DNA of 63,964 nt, the filler included, from an uncultured bacterium (GTDB lineage: Bacteria > DAOPZR01): assembly GCA_964637655.1 (NCBI GenBank). It is 6 parts of 6 records of this genome, joined end to end, with 100 filler letters (N's around TTAATTAATTAA, not from the genome) between each part and the next. Parts side by side here need not be neighbours in the genome. Positions count along the whole stretch, not along the records: positions 22,780 to 34,050 come from CAZWUZ010000115.1; positions 34,151 to 45,383 come from CAZWUZ010000116.1; 4 more parts are not named here. The stretch is one strand, 5' to 3'. The notes beneath the pieces are model-generated. The model was given only the letters and a program-made list of their open reading frames with translations. It did not search any database and was not told the origin of the DNA. Positions within the stretch are counted from its first letter, which is position 1; every line of letters begins with the position of its first letter. This document shows positions 32,872 to 41,845 of this stretch, one piece after another. Made by a program: the position numbers and the translations under genes.

Positions 32872-33441
32872 ATGACGGCACTATCTGAAAAGGAAATTGA
32901 ACTGATCGAGGTGCTCGGGCGCAACCCGGCCGCATCGCAGCGCTCGCTGGCGAGTGAGATCAGGATCTCGCTGGGAATGGTCAATCTCTTCGTGCGCAAA
33001 CTGGCGAAGAAGGGGCTGGTAACCATCCGCAAGGTCAATCAGCGCGATCTACAGTACATCCTGACGCCGGAAGGGATGAAGGCGCGGGCGGGCTACAACC
33101 TGCGCTACCTGGAAAACCATCTCAGCCATTTCGTGCGGGCGAAGGAACTGGTGACGGAAAAACTCGCGGAAGTACGCGGGCACGGTTACCGCACGGTTTA
33201 CCTGCTGGCCAAGGGGGAGTGGTCGGAGATCGGTTTCCTCGCGGCGGCGAACATGGATGTGCATTTCGCTGGGTTTGTCGGCACGGTGGCGAACAGCCGC
33301 TTCCTTGGGCAGCCGGTCTACACCGTCGAGGAGATGCTGGCGATGACGCACCCGCCTGACGCCTGCATCCTCGTGCTTAACGGGCACAACGTGCCGGCGC
33401 AGGAACAGCTGACGGGCAAGGTGCGGCTCTTCCATGTCTGA
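32872..33441 (+). CDS. MarR/winged-helix regulator, EPS-associated type
   Basis: SQRSLASEIRISLGMVN..RKLAKKG, YILTPEG; small C-terminal Rossmann-like domain. Confidence 0.8.
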   Translation: MTALSEKEIELIEVLGRNPAASQRSLASEIRISLGMVNLFVRKLAKKGLVTIRKVNQRDLQYILTPEGMKARAGYNLRYLENHLSHFVRAKELVTEKLAEVRGHGYRTVYLLAKGEWSEIGFLAAANMDVHFAGFVGTVANSRFLGQPVYTVEEMLAMTHPPDACILVLNGHNVPAQEQLTGKVRLFHV

Positions 33442-34009
33442 TCTTGTCGTGCCCGCCTACAGCGACTGGTTCGTGCTGCAGACGCTGGTGGGGCGCGAGC
33501 AGAGCGTGTGCGAGCGGCTGCAGCGCCACTTTTTCGCCGAGGAGGAGGTGGCGCGCCCCCGGCGGCGGCTGAAGATCCGCCGCGCGGGGGAGTACCTCGA
33601 CACGGAGAAAACGCTCTTTCCCGGCTATCTCTTTTTCCGCGGTCACAGTGAGGATACGAAACTGTTCGAGGAGCGGCTGCGCCTGCTGGCATCGGCGCGG
33701 CGCGACCTGCCGGGGATGGTGAAGGTGCTCGGGCGCGGCCCGCAGCCGGTGCCGATCTTCGCGCACGAGGCGAACCTGATCTGGGCGATGATGGACACGC
33801 AGGAACTGATCGATTATTCGCAGGCCTGCTTCGTCGGGGCGAGGGTGAAAATCATCGGCGGCCCGCTGCTCGGGCGCGAGGGGATCATCCGCAAGGTGAA
33901 CCGGCGCAAGGGGCGCGCGACGGTGGAGATGCGGCTGTTCGGGGCGGTGAACTGCACCGACCTCGGGGTGGAATACCTGGAAGTGCCGCGGGAGGAAACT
34001 CCGGCGTAG
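33434..34009 (+). CDS. NusG-paralog transcription antiterminator (LoaP/RfaH/UpxY class)
   Basis: WFVLQT..GRE, LFPGYLF, KOW motif GARVKIIGGPLLGREG..RKGRATVE. Confidence 0.88.
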   Translation: MSDLVVPAYSDWFVLQTLVGREQSVCERLQRHFFAEEEVARPRRRLKIRRAGEYLDTEKTLFPGYLFFRGHSEDTKLFEERLRLLASARRDLPGMVKVLGRGPQPVPIFAHEANLIWAMMDTQELIDYSQACFVGARVKIIGGPLLGREGIIRKVNRRKGRATVEMRLFGAVNCTDLGVEYLEVPREETPA

Positions 34010-34050
34010 CAGTTATCCCGCCCGTCGGGCGGGACCGCGGCGCCGACCTG

Positions 34051-34150
34051 NNNNNNNNNNNNNNNNNNNNNNNNNNNNNNNNNNNNNNNNNNNNTTAATT
34101 AATTAANNNNNNNNNNNNNNNNNNNNNNNNNNNNNNNNNNNNNNNNNNNN
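34051..34150. other. Artificial contig linker
   Basis: N run with TTAATTAATTAA. Confidence 0.98.
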
Positions 34151-34246
34151 GACGTCCTTGACCCGGATCGGCACGCCATCGACCGCCTCGATGACCACCC
34201 CGGCAGTGCCGCTGTCGCGCACCGTTCCCGCCAGGTAGCCGATCAT
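34151..34246 (-). CDS. ruvA: Holliday junction protein RuvA, N-terminus only
   Basis: MIGYLAGTV...VVIE, directly after ruvC with an ATGA overlap. Confidence 0.7.
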
Positions 34247-34770
34247 GCCTGTTCCTCCGCCACGCGGTTGCGCCAGCGCTGCAGGCGCAGGCCGCAAAGG
34301 GCGATGGCAAGCGCATCCGCCGCGTCATCGGGTGTGGGGATCTCCTTGAGCCCGAGGATGATCGTCACCATCTTCTGCACCTGCTTTTTCGTGGCGCTGC
34401 CGCTGCCGGCCACATGGAGTTTGACCTCCATCGGGTTGATGTCGGCGACAGGAATGGCGCGCTGCGCGAGTGACAGCAGCAGGACGCCGCGCGCCTCGCC
34501 GACGCTGATGGCGGTGGTGACATTGCGGCTGAAGTAGAGTTTCTCGACCGCCGCCGCCTGCGGCTGATAGACATCGAGGAGTTCGGCGAGGCGGTTGTAG
34601 ATGGTGTTGAGGCGCGCCCCGGGCCCGAGTTTCGCCGGGGTGAGGATGACCCCGTAATCGAGCGCCCGGTACTGGTTGCCGCGCTGCGGGTGGGCTTCGA
34701 CCACCGCGAAACCCGTGGTCGCGGTCCCCGGGTCGAGCCCGAGCACACGCGGAGGATGCGGGGTTCTCAC
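34243..34770 (-). CDS. ruvC: Holliday junction resolvase RuvC
   Basis: VLGLDPG..TGF, AVEKLYF, GEARG, GSATKKQV, PDDAADALA. Confidence 0.95.
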   Translation of the reverse strand: MRTPHPPRVLGLDPGTATTGFAVVEAHPQRGNQYRALDYGVILTPAKLGPGARLNTIYNRLAELLDVYQPQAAAVEKLYFSRNVTTAISVGEARGVLLLSLAQRAIPVADINPMEVKLHVAGSGSATKKQVQKMVTIILGLKEIPTPDDAADALAIALCGLRLQRWRNRVAEEQA

Positions 34771-35711
34771 CGCCGCTGCCGGCGGCGGCGGGCCGCCTCT
34801 TTTTCGCGCCGCCGCGACGAGAGCGTGTCGGCCGGGGCCGATTCACTCCCCGTCAGTGCCACCGGGCGCGCCGGCGGGAGTGTCCCGCCCTTCGCTGCCG
34901 CCGGCGCGGGCGCGTCCGTGCCCGCCTCGCGCCGGTACTGGTCGAGGAAGAGCAATGTCGCCGGGAGCAGCAGGGCGCGCACGAGCGCGAGGAGCAGCGC
35001 GAAGGGCATGGCCGTCACCGCGGTGACCGTGCCGTCCGCGACGGGCGCGAGGGTGAACCAGAGCGTCTGCTGGTCGATGAGCCCGAGCGCGGCACAGGCG
35101 AGCCCGGCGATGAGCACCGCCGGCTGCTGCAGCCCGTTGAGCGCGGTGAGCAGGCCCGCCTTCGTCCAGCCGCGCCCGCGCACCAGTTCCAGCGTCCAGA
35201 GCATGAGGTAGACCTGCACCAGCAGTTGCAGGATGACGAGCAGGAGCATCTGTCCGGCCCCGGGGGCGCGCATGACCGGCGCCGCCCCGTCGCCCCCCCC
35301 CTGCATGAGCAGCGGAATGAGGAGCAGCGAGAGCAGGACATTGGCGCCGACGAGCATGGCAAAGACATGGTGCCCGTAGCGCAGGCCGCTGCGTTCGAAC
35401 TGCCGGAAGGCGGGCAGCGTACTGTCAGCGAGCAGCGTTCCGGCGGCGCCGGCGAGCAGGAAGGCGAGCAGATAGGCGCCGAGCGCGGGGAGCAGGTACT
35501 GCGCGCAGACAAGGTAGATGGCGTTGGCGTAGCGCGGGGCGGGCGCGCGGAAGCCCTCCGTCAGCTGGTACTCGCCGGCCACCGGCGCCCACTGCAGCAG
35601 GAAGACGACCACGGCAAACGCGGCGCAGGCGGCAGCCACACCCGGGCGGGCGCGCAGCCGCTCCCGCACCCGCGCCAGGGTCAGGTTGAGTTCAGCGAAA
35701 AAGAGGGTCAA
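34767..35711 (-). CDS. Hypothetical polytopic membrane protein
   Basis: Multiple hydrophobic helices; overlaps both neighbours by 4 nt. Confidence 0.65.
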   Translation of the reverse strand: MTLFFAELNLTLARVRERLRARPGVAAACAAFAVVVFLLQWAPVAGEYQLTEGFRAPAPRYANAIYLVCAQYLLPALGAYLLAFLLAGAAGTLLADSTLPAFRQFERSGLRYGHHVFAMLVGANVLLSLLLIPLLMQGGGDGAAPVMRAPGAGQMLLLVILQLLVQVYLMLWTLELVRGRGWTKAGLLTALNGLQQPAVLIAGLACAALGLIDQQTLWFTLAPVADGTVTAVTAMPFALLLALVRALLLPATLLFLDQYRREAGTDAPAPAAAKGGTLPPARPVALTGSESAPADTLSSRRREKEAARRRRQRR

Positions 35712-36460
35712 CCCGCGTTGATCTCCGCCATGACATCGTCAGGAATGTCGAAGTTGGCGTAGGCCTGCTGCACGTCGTCATGCTCGTCGAGTTCATCCAT
35801 GATGCGCAGCATCGCCCGGGCGTCGGTGGCATTCAGCGTCACCTCGGTCTTGGCGAGCTTGGTGACCTCGCTGCTCTCGATGGCGATCCCCTTCGCTTCG
35901 AGCGCCTGCTTGACCGCGTCGAACGCCTGCGGCTGGCAGCGGATCTCGAAGCGTTCGCCGTCGGCGGCGAGGTCGTCCGCGCCCGCCTCGAGCGCGATTT
36001 CCATCAGCCCGTCCTCGGTCTGCCCCGCCGCGGCGACGTAGATGACGCCCGTGCGCTCGAAGAGGTAGCCGACACAGCCGTTCTCCCCGAGCTTGCCGCC
36101 GTTCTTGGAGAGCAGGTGGCGCAGGTCGGCGGTCACGCGGTTGCTGTTGTCGGTCAGGCAGTCGACGAGAATGGCCACGCCGCCGGGCCCGTAACCCTCG
36201 TAGGTGACGCTCTTGTAGGCGGCACCGTCGATGTCGCCCGTCCCCTTCTTGATCGCCCGCTCGATGTTGTCCTTGGGCATGCAGGCCTCTTTGGCCTTGA
36301 GCAGGGCGTTGCGCAGCTCGATGTTCTTGTCGGGATCGCCCCCGCCGTTGCGCGCCGCGACGAGAATGGCGCGGTTGAGCTTGGAGAAGAGCTTGCCGCG
36401 CTTGGCGTCAGCCGCCCCCTTCTTGTGCTTGATGGAATGCCACTTGGAATGTCCGGACAT
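35708..36460 (-). CDS. yebC: YebC/PmpR family protein
   Basis: MSGHSKWHSIKHKKG, NIERAIKKG, YEGYGPGG, DDVQQAYANF. Confidence 0.96.
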   Translation of the reverse strand: MSGHSKWHSIKHKKGAADAKRGKLFSKLNRAILVAARNGGGDPDKNIELRNALLKAKEACMPKDNIERAIKKGTGDIDGAAYKSVTYEGYGPGGVAILVDCLTDNSNRVTADLRHLLSKNGGKLGENGCVGYLFERTGVIYVAAAGQTEDGLMEIALEAGADDLAADGERFEIRCQPQAFDAVKQALEAKGIAIESSEVTKLAKTEVTLNATDARAMLRIMDELDEHDDVQQAYANFDIPDDVMAEINAG

Positions 36461-36463
36461 CGC

Positions 36464-38527
36464 CTAATCCTCCTTCTCCTCTTCCCGCTTCGATTCGGCG
36501 ATGATCTTCTGCGCCATCTCGTGCGGCACTTCCTCGTAATGCGAGAATTTCATGGTGAAACTCCCCTTGCCCTGCGTCATCGAGCGCAGGTCGGTGGCGT
36601 ACTTGTACATTTCCGCCTCGGGGATATGCGCGCGGATGACCTGGAAGCGCCCGCGCGCGTCGCTGCCGAGCATCTTGCCGCGGCGCGTGTTGACATTGCC
36701 GATGACGTCGCCCATGTATTCGCTGTCGACGACGATTTCGACTTCGAGCACCGGTTCGAGCAGCACCGGTTTGGCGGCGAGAAACGCCTCCTTGAACGCG
36801 GCCCTGCCCGCCGTCTGGAAAGCGACATCCTTCGAATCAACGGGATGCATCTTGCCGTCGTAGAAGTCGGCCTTGACGTCGATGACCTTGTAGCCGGCGT
36901 AGACCCCCGCGACGGCGGCGGCATTGACCCCCTTCTCCACCGAGGGGACGAAACTGCGGTCGACGTTCTGTCCGACCAGCGAGTTGACGAACTGCAATCC
37001 CTCGCCGCGTTTCAGCGGCTCGACGCGCATCCAGACCTCGGCAAACTGCCCGGCACCGCCCGTCTGCTTCTTGTGGCGGTACTTCGAGTCGCCCTTTCCC
37101 TTGATGGTTTCGCGGTAGGGAACCTTGGGCTTGATCATGTCGACTTCGACGTTGTACTTCTTCTTGAGCTTGGCGACCTTCAGCGCGAGCTGCAGTTCGC
37201 CCATGCCGAGGATGACCGTCTCGGAGAACTCGGCGCGGAACTCGACCTTGAAGGTCGGGTCCTCGGCGGTGAACGAAGCGAGCGCGGTGGAGAGTTTTTC
37301 CTGGTCGCCCTTGGCCTTGGGCACCACCGCCACGGCCACCAGCGGCCGCGGAAAGACGATGGCCTCGACCGCGATGTCGCTTTTCGCCGCGAGGGTATCG
37401 TTGATCCCGGTGTTCTTGAGTTTGACCAGCGCCGCCATGTCGCCGGCGTGCAGTTCCTTGATCTCCTCCTTGTTCTTGCCGCGCACGACGAGCATCTGCC
37501 CGACGCGCTCCTTCCCCTGCTTGTTGACGTTGTGCAGGTCGGCCCCGGAGGCAAGCTTGCCCTGGATGACGCGCACGAAGTTGAGTTCGCCCGTGTGCTG
37601 CTCGATCTGCGTCTTGTAGACGAAGGCCAGGGCCGGCGCCGTCGCGTCACAGGTGTACTTCTCCCCCTTGACCGAGGTGAAGTTGGCGCCGTCCGCCGGT
37701 GACACCCCGTACTGCGCGAAGAACGACAGGGTGCTGACCACCCCGATGCCCTGTCCGCCCACCCCGGCAAACACCGGGAAGAACGTGCGCTTGGCGAAGG
37801 CGGCCTTGAGCCCCTGCGCCAGTTCCGCGTCGGTGAGCGTCCCCTCGTTGAGGAACTTCTCCATCAGCGCGTCGTCGCCCCCCGCCGCCTCCTCGACGAT
37901 CTTTTCCCTGACTTTGGCCACCGCGTCCGTCATGTCGGCCGGCACCGCGGCTTCCGTCACCGTGCCGCCGCTGACCATGTACGCCTTGTTGGCCAGAACA
38001 TTGACGACGCCGGTGAACGCGGCCGCCTCGCCGATGGGGAGGGTCAGCGGCACGAAGCGCGCCTTGAAGGCGTCGGTGAGCGACGCCAGCGTCCTGTCCA
38101 GCGACGCGCGTTCCTTGTCGAGCTTGGTGATGAACACCGCGGTGGGAAGCTGCTTTTCCTCGAGGTCGCGCCAGGCCTTCTCCGTGCCGATTTCCGCGCC
38201 CGCCACGCCGCAGACCAGAAGCAGCGCCTGTTCCGACACGTGCATGGCAGCGATAACCTCGCCGTAGAAGTCGGCGTAGCCCGGGGTGTCGAGCCAGTTG
38301 ATCTTGTGCCCCTGCCATTCGAGCGGGAGGAGTTTCGCACAGATGGTGATCTTCTTTTCCACTTCGTCCGGCATCGTGTCGAGGCAGGAACTGCCGTCGT
38401 CGACTTTGCCGAACCGGTCATTCGCCTTGGCGAGGAACGCGGCCGCGTCCCCCAGCGAGGTCTTGCCCGTGCCGCTGTGGGCAACCACGCACAGATTACG
38501 CAACTTGTCCGTCGTGTAGGTCTGCAT
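36464..38527 (-). CDS. Elongation factor G-like protein (EF-G2)
   Basis: HSGTGKTSL, DTPGYADF, GMGELQL, PKVPYRET, KKQTGGAGQF, LLEP, YATDLRSMTQG; not in a str operon. Confidence 0.9.
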   Translation of the reverse strand: MQTYTTDKLRNLCVVAHSGTGKTSLGDAAAFLAKANDRFGKVDDGSSCLDTMPDEVEKKITICAKLLPLEWQGHKINWLDTPGYADFYGEVIAAMHVSEQALLLVCGVAGAEIGTEKAWRDLEEKQLPTAVFITKLDKERASLDRTLASLTDAFKARFVPLTLPIGEAAAFTGVVNVLANKAYMVSGGTVTEAAVPADMTDAVAKVREKIVEEAAGGDDALMEKFLNEGTLTDAELAQGLKAAFAKRTFFPVFAGVGGQGIGVVSTLSFFAQYGVSPADGANFTSVKGEKYTCDATAPALAFVYKTQIEQHTGELNFVRVIQGKLASGADLHNVNKQGKERVGQMLVVRGKNKEEIKELHAGDMAALVKLKNTGINDTLAAKSDIAVEAIVFPRPLVAVAVVPKAKGDQEKLSTALASFTAEDPTFKVEFRAEFSETVILGMGELQLALKVAKLKKKYNVEVDMIKPKVPYRETIKGKGDSKYRHKKQTGGAGQFAEVWMRVEPLKRGEGLQFVNSLVGQNVDRSFVPSVEKGVNAAAVAGVYAGYKVIDVKADFYDGKMHPVDSKDVAFQTAGRAAFKEAFLAAKPVLLEPVLEVEIVVDSEYMGDVIGNVNTRRGKMLGSDARGRFQVIRAHIPEAEMYKYATDLRSMTQGKGSFTMKFSHYEEVPHEMAQKIIAESKREEEKED

Positions 38528-38583
38528 TACGCTCCTCCGCAGTGATGTCAGGATAGTGAACGTCACGCACCAAGCGCCCGTCA

Positions 38584-38657
38584 CTTATATCCTATGCCTC
38601 AGCATGCTGTCAAGGCGCAGCCGCGCGCTTGACTTTCCCGCGGCCGCCGTCTACAAT
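38584..38657. promoter_or_regulatory. Divergent sigma-70 promoters (EF-G2 operon and GT2)
   Basis: Minus strand TTGACA(38613-38608)-N18-TATAAG; plus strand TTGACT(38629)-N17-TACAAT. Confidence 0.6.
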
Positions 38658-38666
38658 TCCGCCTGT

Positions 38667-39392
38667 ATGAACGGGATACATCTGTCCCTCGTCATCCCCT
38701 GTTTCAACGAGGCGCAGCGGCTGCCCCGCTCGCTGCCGCGCCTGCTCGCCTGCCTGCAGGCGCAGGCGTACCCCTGGGAACTGCTGCTGGTCGACGACGG
38801 GAGCACCGACGGCACCGCGGCGCTGCTCGATGCCGCGGCCGCGGGCGAGGCGCGGGTGCGCGCGCTGCACCTGCCGCACAACGTGGGCAAGGGGGGGACG
38901 GTGCGGCACGGGCTGCAGCAGGCGCGCGGCGAGTACGTTTTTTTCTCCGATACCGACCTGTCGACGCCGCCCGAGTACCTCGCGGACGGGCTGCGCCTGC
39001 TGGCGGACGGCGCCGACCTCGTCTACGCCGACCGGCACATGCGCGGGGCGCAGTTGCGCGGCTACAACCCGCTGCGTCTGCTGATGAGCCATGCCTTCAA
39101 TCTCTGCACCCGCACGCTGCTGCTCCCCGACATCACCGACACGCAGTGCGGGTTCAAGGGCTTCCGCCGCGGCGCGCTCCCCGTGCTGCTCGACCGGCTC
39201 ACCGTGCAGCATCTCGCCTTCGACGTGGAACTGCTGGTCATCGCGCGCGAGCAGCAGTTGCGCCTGCAGCCCTTGCCCGTGGTCTGGGACAATGTCGCCG
39301 CGTCGAAGGTCAAGCCGTTCAGCGACGCGCTGGCGATGTTCGCCACGCTGCTGCTCATCCGCCGCCGCCGCGCGGCCGGGCTCTACCGCTGA
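38667..39392 (+). CDS. GT2 polyprenyl-phosphate glycosyltransferase (ALG5/DPG synthase-like)
   Basis: LSLVIPCFNE, VDDGSTD, NVGKGG, DTDLSTP, DTQCGFKGF, AFDVELL. Confidence 0.9.
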   Translation: MNGIHLSLVIPCFNEAQRLPRSLPRLLACLQAQAYPWELLLVDDGSTDGTAALLDAAAAGEARVRALHLPHNVGKGGTVRHGLQQARGEYVFFSDTDLSTPPEYLADGLRLLADGADLVYADRHMRGAQLRGYNPLRLLMSHAFNLCTRTLLLPDITDTQCGFKGFRRGALPVLLDRLTVQHLAFDVELLVIAREQQLRLQPLPVVWDNVAASKVKPFSDALAMFATLLLIRRRRAAGLYR

Positions 39393-39394
39393 CC

Positions 39395-39811
39395 ATGGCC
39401 GCGCGCACGGAATTTTCCTTCGTTTCCGGCCAGGACACGCTGGCGGTAATGACCGGGCGCATCGGTGACTGGCTGCGCGCGCAGGTGGCGCAGGACAACA
39501 CCGTCGGGGAGCTGCTCGTCGCGCTGGCTGAGGCGCTCAACAACATCCTGCTGCACGCCTATGGCGGCGCGGCCGGCAGGCCGCTGACCGTGACCTGTGC
39601 GGTTGCTGCGGATGACGTGACGATCGAACTGCTCGACGAGGGCCCGCCTTTCGACCCGTTGCAGCACCGGCCGCAGGAGATGACCGGGCTGCAGGAGCAC
39701 GGCATGGGGGTCTACCTCTACACCACGTTGATGCACCGCGTCACCTACGAGCGCACCGTGGAAGGCCGCAACCGCCTCATCTTATGCCGGCGCCTCACGC
39801 CACCGGCATAA
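39395..39811 (+). CDS. RsbW-like anti-sigma factor / HATPase_c_2 protein
   Basis: ALAEALNNILLHAY, DEGPPFDP, EHGMGVYL, GRNRL. Confidence 0.85.
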   Translation: MAARTEFSFVSGQDTLAVMTGRIGDWLRAQVAQDNTVGELLVALAEALNNILLHAYGGAAGRPLTVTCAVAADDVTIELLDEGPPFDPLQHRPQEMTGLQEHGMGVYLYTTLMHRVTYERTVEGRNRLILCRRLTPPA

Positions 39812-41845
39812 TCAGCGCGCCAGTTCCAGCGTTCCCGCCTCGATCAGCAGCAGCGCGTAGCCGTCCTGCGGCCATGCCCGGCGCAGGGCAAAGCGCACAT
39901 CCCGACCCGCGAGCAGTTCCTCCGCCAGCACCGGTTTGAGCGGCAATCCGGCCAGCGCCGACGGGTAGGCCAGGTCGGGCAACGCCGGGTAATCCTCCCT
40001 TAGCCGCACCAGCGCCGTGCGTCGCGCCAGCGGCTCGCTGCCCTGCACGCGCAGGCCGCGCGGCAGCACGACAAAGCGGCAGCGGGTGGCCACACAGTAC
40101 TCGAAGAGCGCATCCACCGACTGATAGTCGGGGGTCATCCATGCGCCCTGCCGGAGACGCACACGGTCGAAGACACGCTGCTGCGCGAGGTAGAACGGCA
40201 GCGGCACATCGTCAGGCGGGCAGTAGATGCCGGTGCCGGGTGGCATGGCGGCCAGTGCCGCCGCCGCCTGCGGCCACGGCAGCAGGTAGTGCGCGCGTGT
40301 GCGCAGCGTGAGGAATTCTGTTCCCGACGCCAGCAGGCCGTGCAGGCAGAGGGGAAGCGCGAGCAGCAGCGCCGGCAGCCAGGCGGGGAGACGCAGGCGG
40401 GCGCTGAGCGCCAGCAGGCGCGCGACGAGAAGCACGACGCCCGCGGTGCCGGCCAGCCACCAGTCGGGACGCGTCGCGGCTGCCGTCAGCGGGAGGAAGC
40501 CGACCGTGCCCAGCAGCAGGGCACACGCCTGGCGTTCAGGCGCACCATCGGGCAGGAAAACGAGCAGCAGGCCGGCCGCAACCAGCAGCAGGCCGCAGCC
40601 GATGGCCAGGAGCAGTGCCGGGCCGCCGCCATGCAGCAGCAGGCCGGCAGCGGCAGCCGCGATGATGATGACCATGCCGGCCGCCCGCGGCAGACCGGCA
40701 ACCACTGCTATGGCAGCGAGCACCGCCAGCGCGCAGAGCACATACGAGAGCAGTGCCGGGAGCGCCAGCCAGGTGACAACCAGGCGCGCCGGCTGCTGCA
40801 GCAGTGCCGGGTCGGGAAGCAGGCGGTCGAGCCCGCTCACGCTGCCGGCAGCACGCACGGCATACACCAGCGTCGCTGCCGCCAGCACGCCCCCCCAGAG
40901 GCGCAAACGCTCCACGCGCGACAGAGCCTCATCGTCACGCAGCGCCGCGACGAGCAGCAGCACCACCGCCGGCAGCAGCGCCGGCGACCAGGCCGCCGCG
41001 AGCAGCAGCGCCAGCCAGAGCGCAGGCGCGGCGGGACGCCGGTCCTGCACCCGCCAGAGGGTGCTCAGCAGCAGTCCGCCGACGAGCAGCAGGCAGCCGG
41101 ACTGCACGGAGACGTGGGCATAGTGGAACGAGGCGGGATTGAACAGCACGAGCGCCAGTCCGAGCAGCGCGCCGGTGCGGATGCCGGTCAGGCGCCAGAG
41201 CAGCTGATGCCAGACCATACCGGTCGCGGCAAAGACCAGCAGTTGCAGGGTGCGGCTGGCCGGTTCGCTGATGCCGCAGAGCGTCAGCCAGCATGTCTGC
41301 AGCAGGACGGGGGACGGTTCCGTGGTCGTGGCCAGTGGCAGGCGATGCGCCAGCACGGTCACGCCACCGACCAGCAGCAGCCAGAGGGTGAGATGCCAGC
41401 GGAACCGCCAGCGCCGCCAGCAGAGCGCGCCGGCCAGCAGGGCGAGCGCGAGCACGACGACCGCTGCCAGCGGCGACGGACGGGCAGCGGCACCGAGACG
41501 CATGGCATTGACCGCCGCCGCCATCAGGTCGGGCTGATGGTCGCGCCCCTGCGGCAGCCCGTCGAAAAGAAACGCCAGCTGCGCGGCGGCAAAGAGGGCA
41601 AGCAGCAGCCACTCCGCGCGCCCGAACAGCAGCCGCCAGCGTCGCCGCGGTTTTTCTGCGGCGGGGACGCTCCACCCGAAGAGCAGCACGCTGAGCGCCG
41701 CGAGCAGCAGCAGCAGCAGCAGGTCGGCAAGCCATGAACCGGTCAGGCGGATGCCGAGCGGCAGGATAAACAGCAGCGACCAGAGCAGCAGCTTGAGACG
41801 GAACGGATCACGCGCGGCATGCGCGCGCAGGTGGTTCAGAAACAC
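39812..41845 (-). CDS. Polytopic membrane protein, possible GT-C glycosyltransferase (start uncertain)
   Basis: More than ten hydrophobic helices, SEPASR..., and a soluble C-terminal domain; GTG 41845 overlaps the upstream stop. Confidence 0.55.
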   Translation of the reverse strand: MFLNHLRAHAARDPFRLKLLLWSLLFILPLGIRLTGSWLADLLLLLLLAALSVLLFGWSVPAAEKPRRRWRLLFGRAEWLLLALFAAAQLAFLFDGLPQGRDHQPDLMAAAVNAMRLGAAARPSPLAAVVVLALALLAGALCWRRWRFRWHLTLWLLLVGGVTVLAHRLPLATTTEPSPVLLQTCWLTLCGISEPASRTLQLLVFAATGMVWHQLLWRLTGIRTGALLGLALVLFNPASFHYAHVSVQSGCLLLVGGLLLSTLWRVQDRRPAAPALWLALLLAAAWSPALLPAVVLLLVAALRDDEALSRVERLRLWGGVLAAATLVYAVRAAGSVSGLDRLLPDPALLQQPARLVVTWLALPALLSYVLCALAVLAAIAVVAGLPRAAGMVIIIAAAAAGLLLHGGGPALLLAIGCGLLLVAAGLLLVFLPDGAPERQACALLLGTVGFLPLTAAATRPDWWLAGTAGVVLLVARLLALSARLRLPAWLPALLLALPLCLHGLLASGTEFLTLRTRAHYLLPWPQAAAALAAMPPGTGIYCPPDDVPLPFYLAQQRVFDRVRLRQGAWMTPDYQSVDALFEYCVATRCRFVVLPRGLRVQGSEPLARRTALVRLREDYPALPDLAYPSALAGLPLKPVLAEELLAGRDVRFALRRAWPQDGYALLLIEAGTLELAR

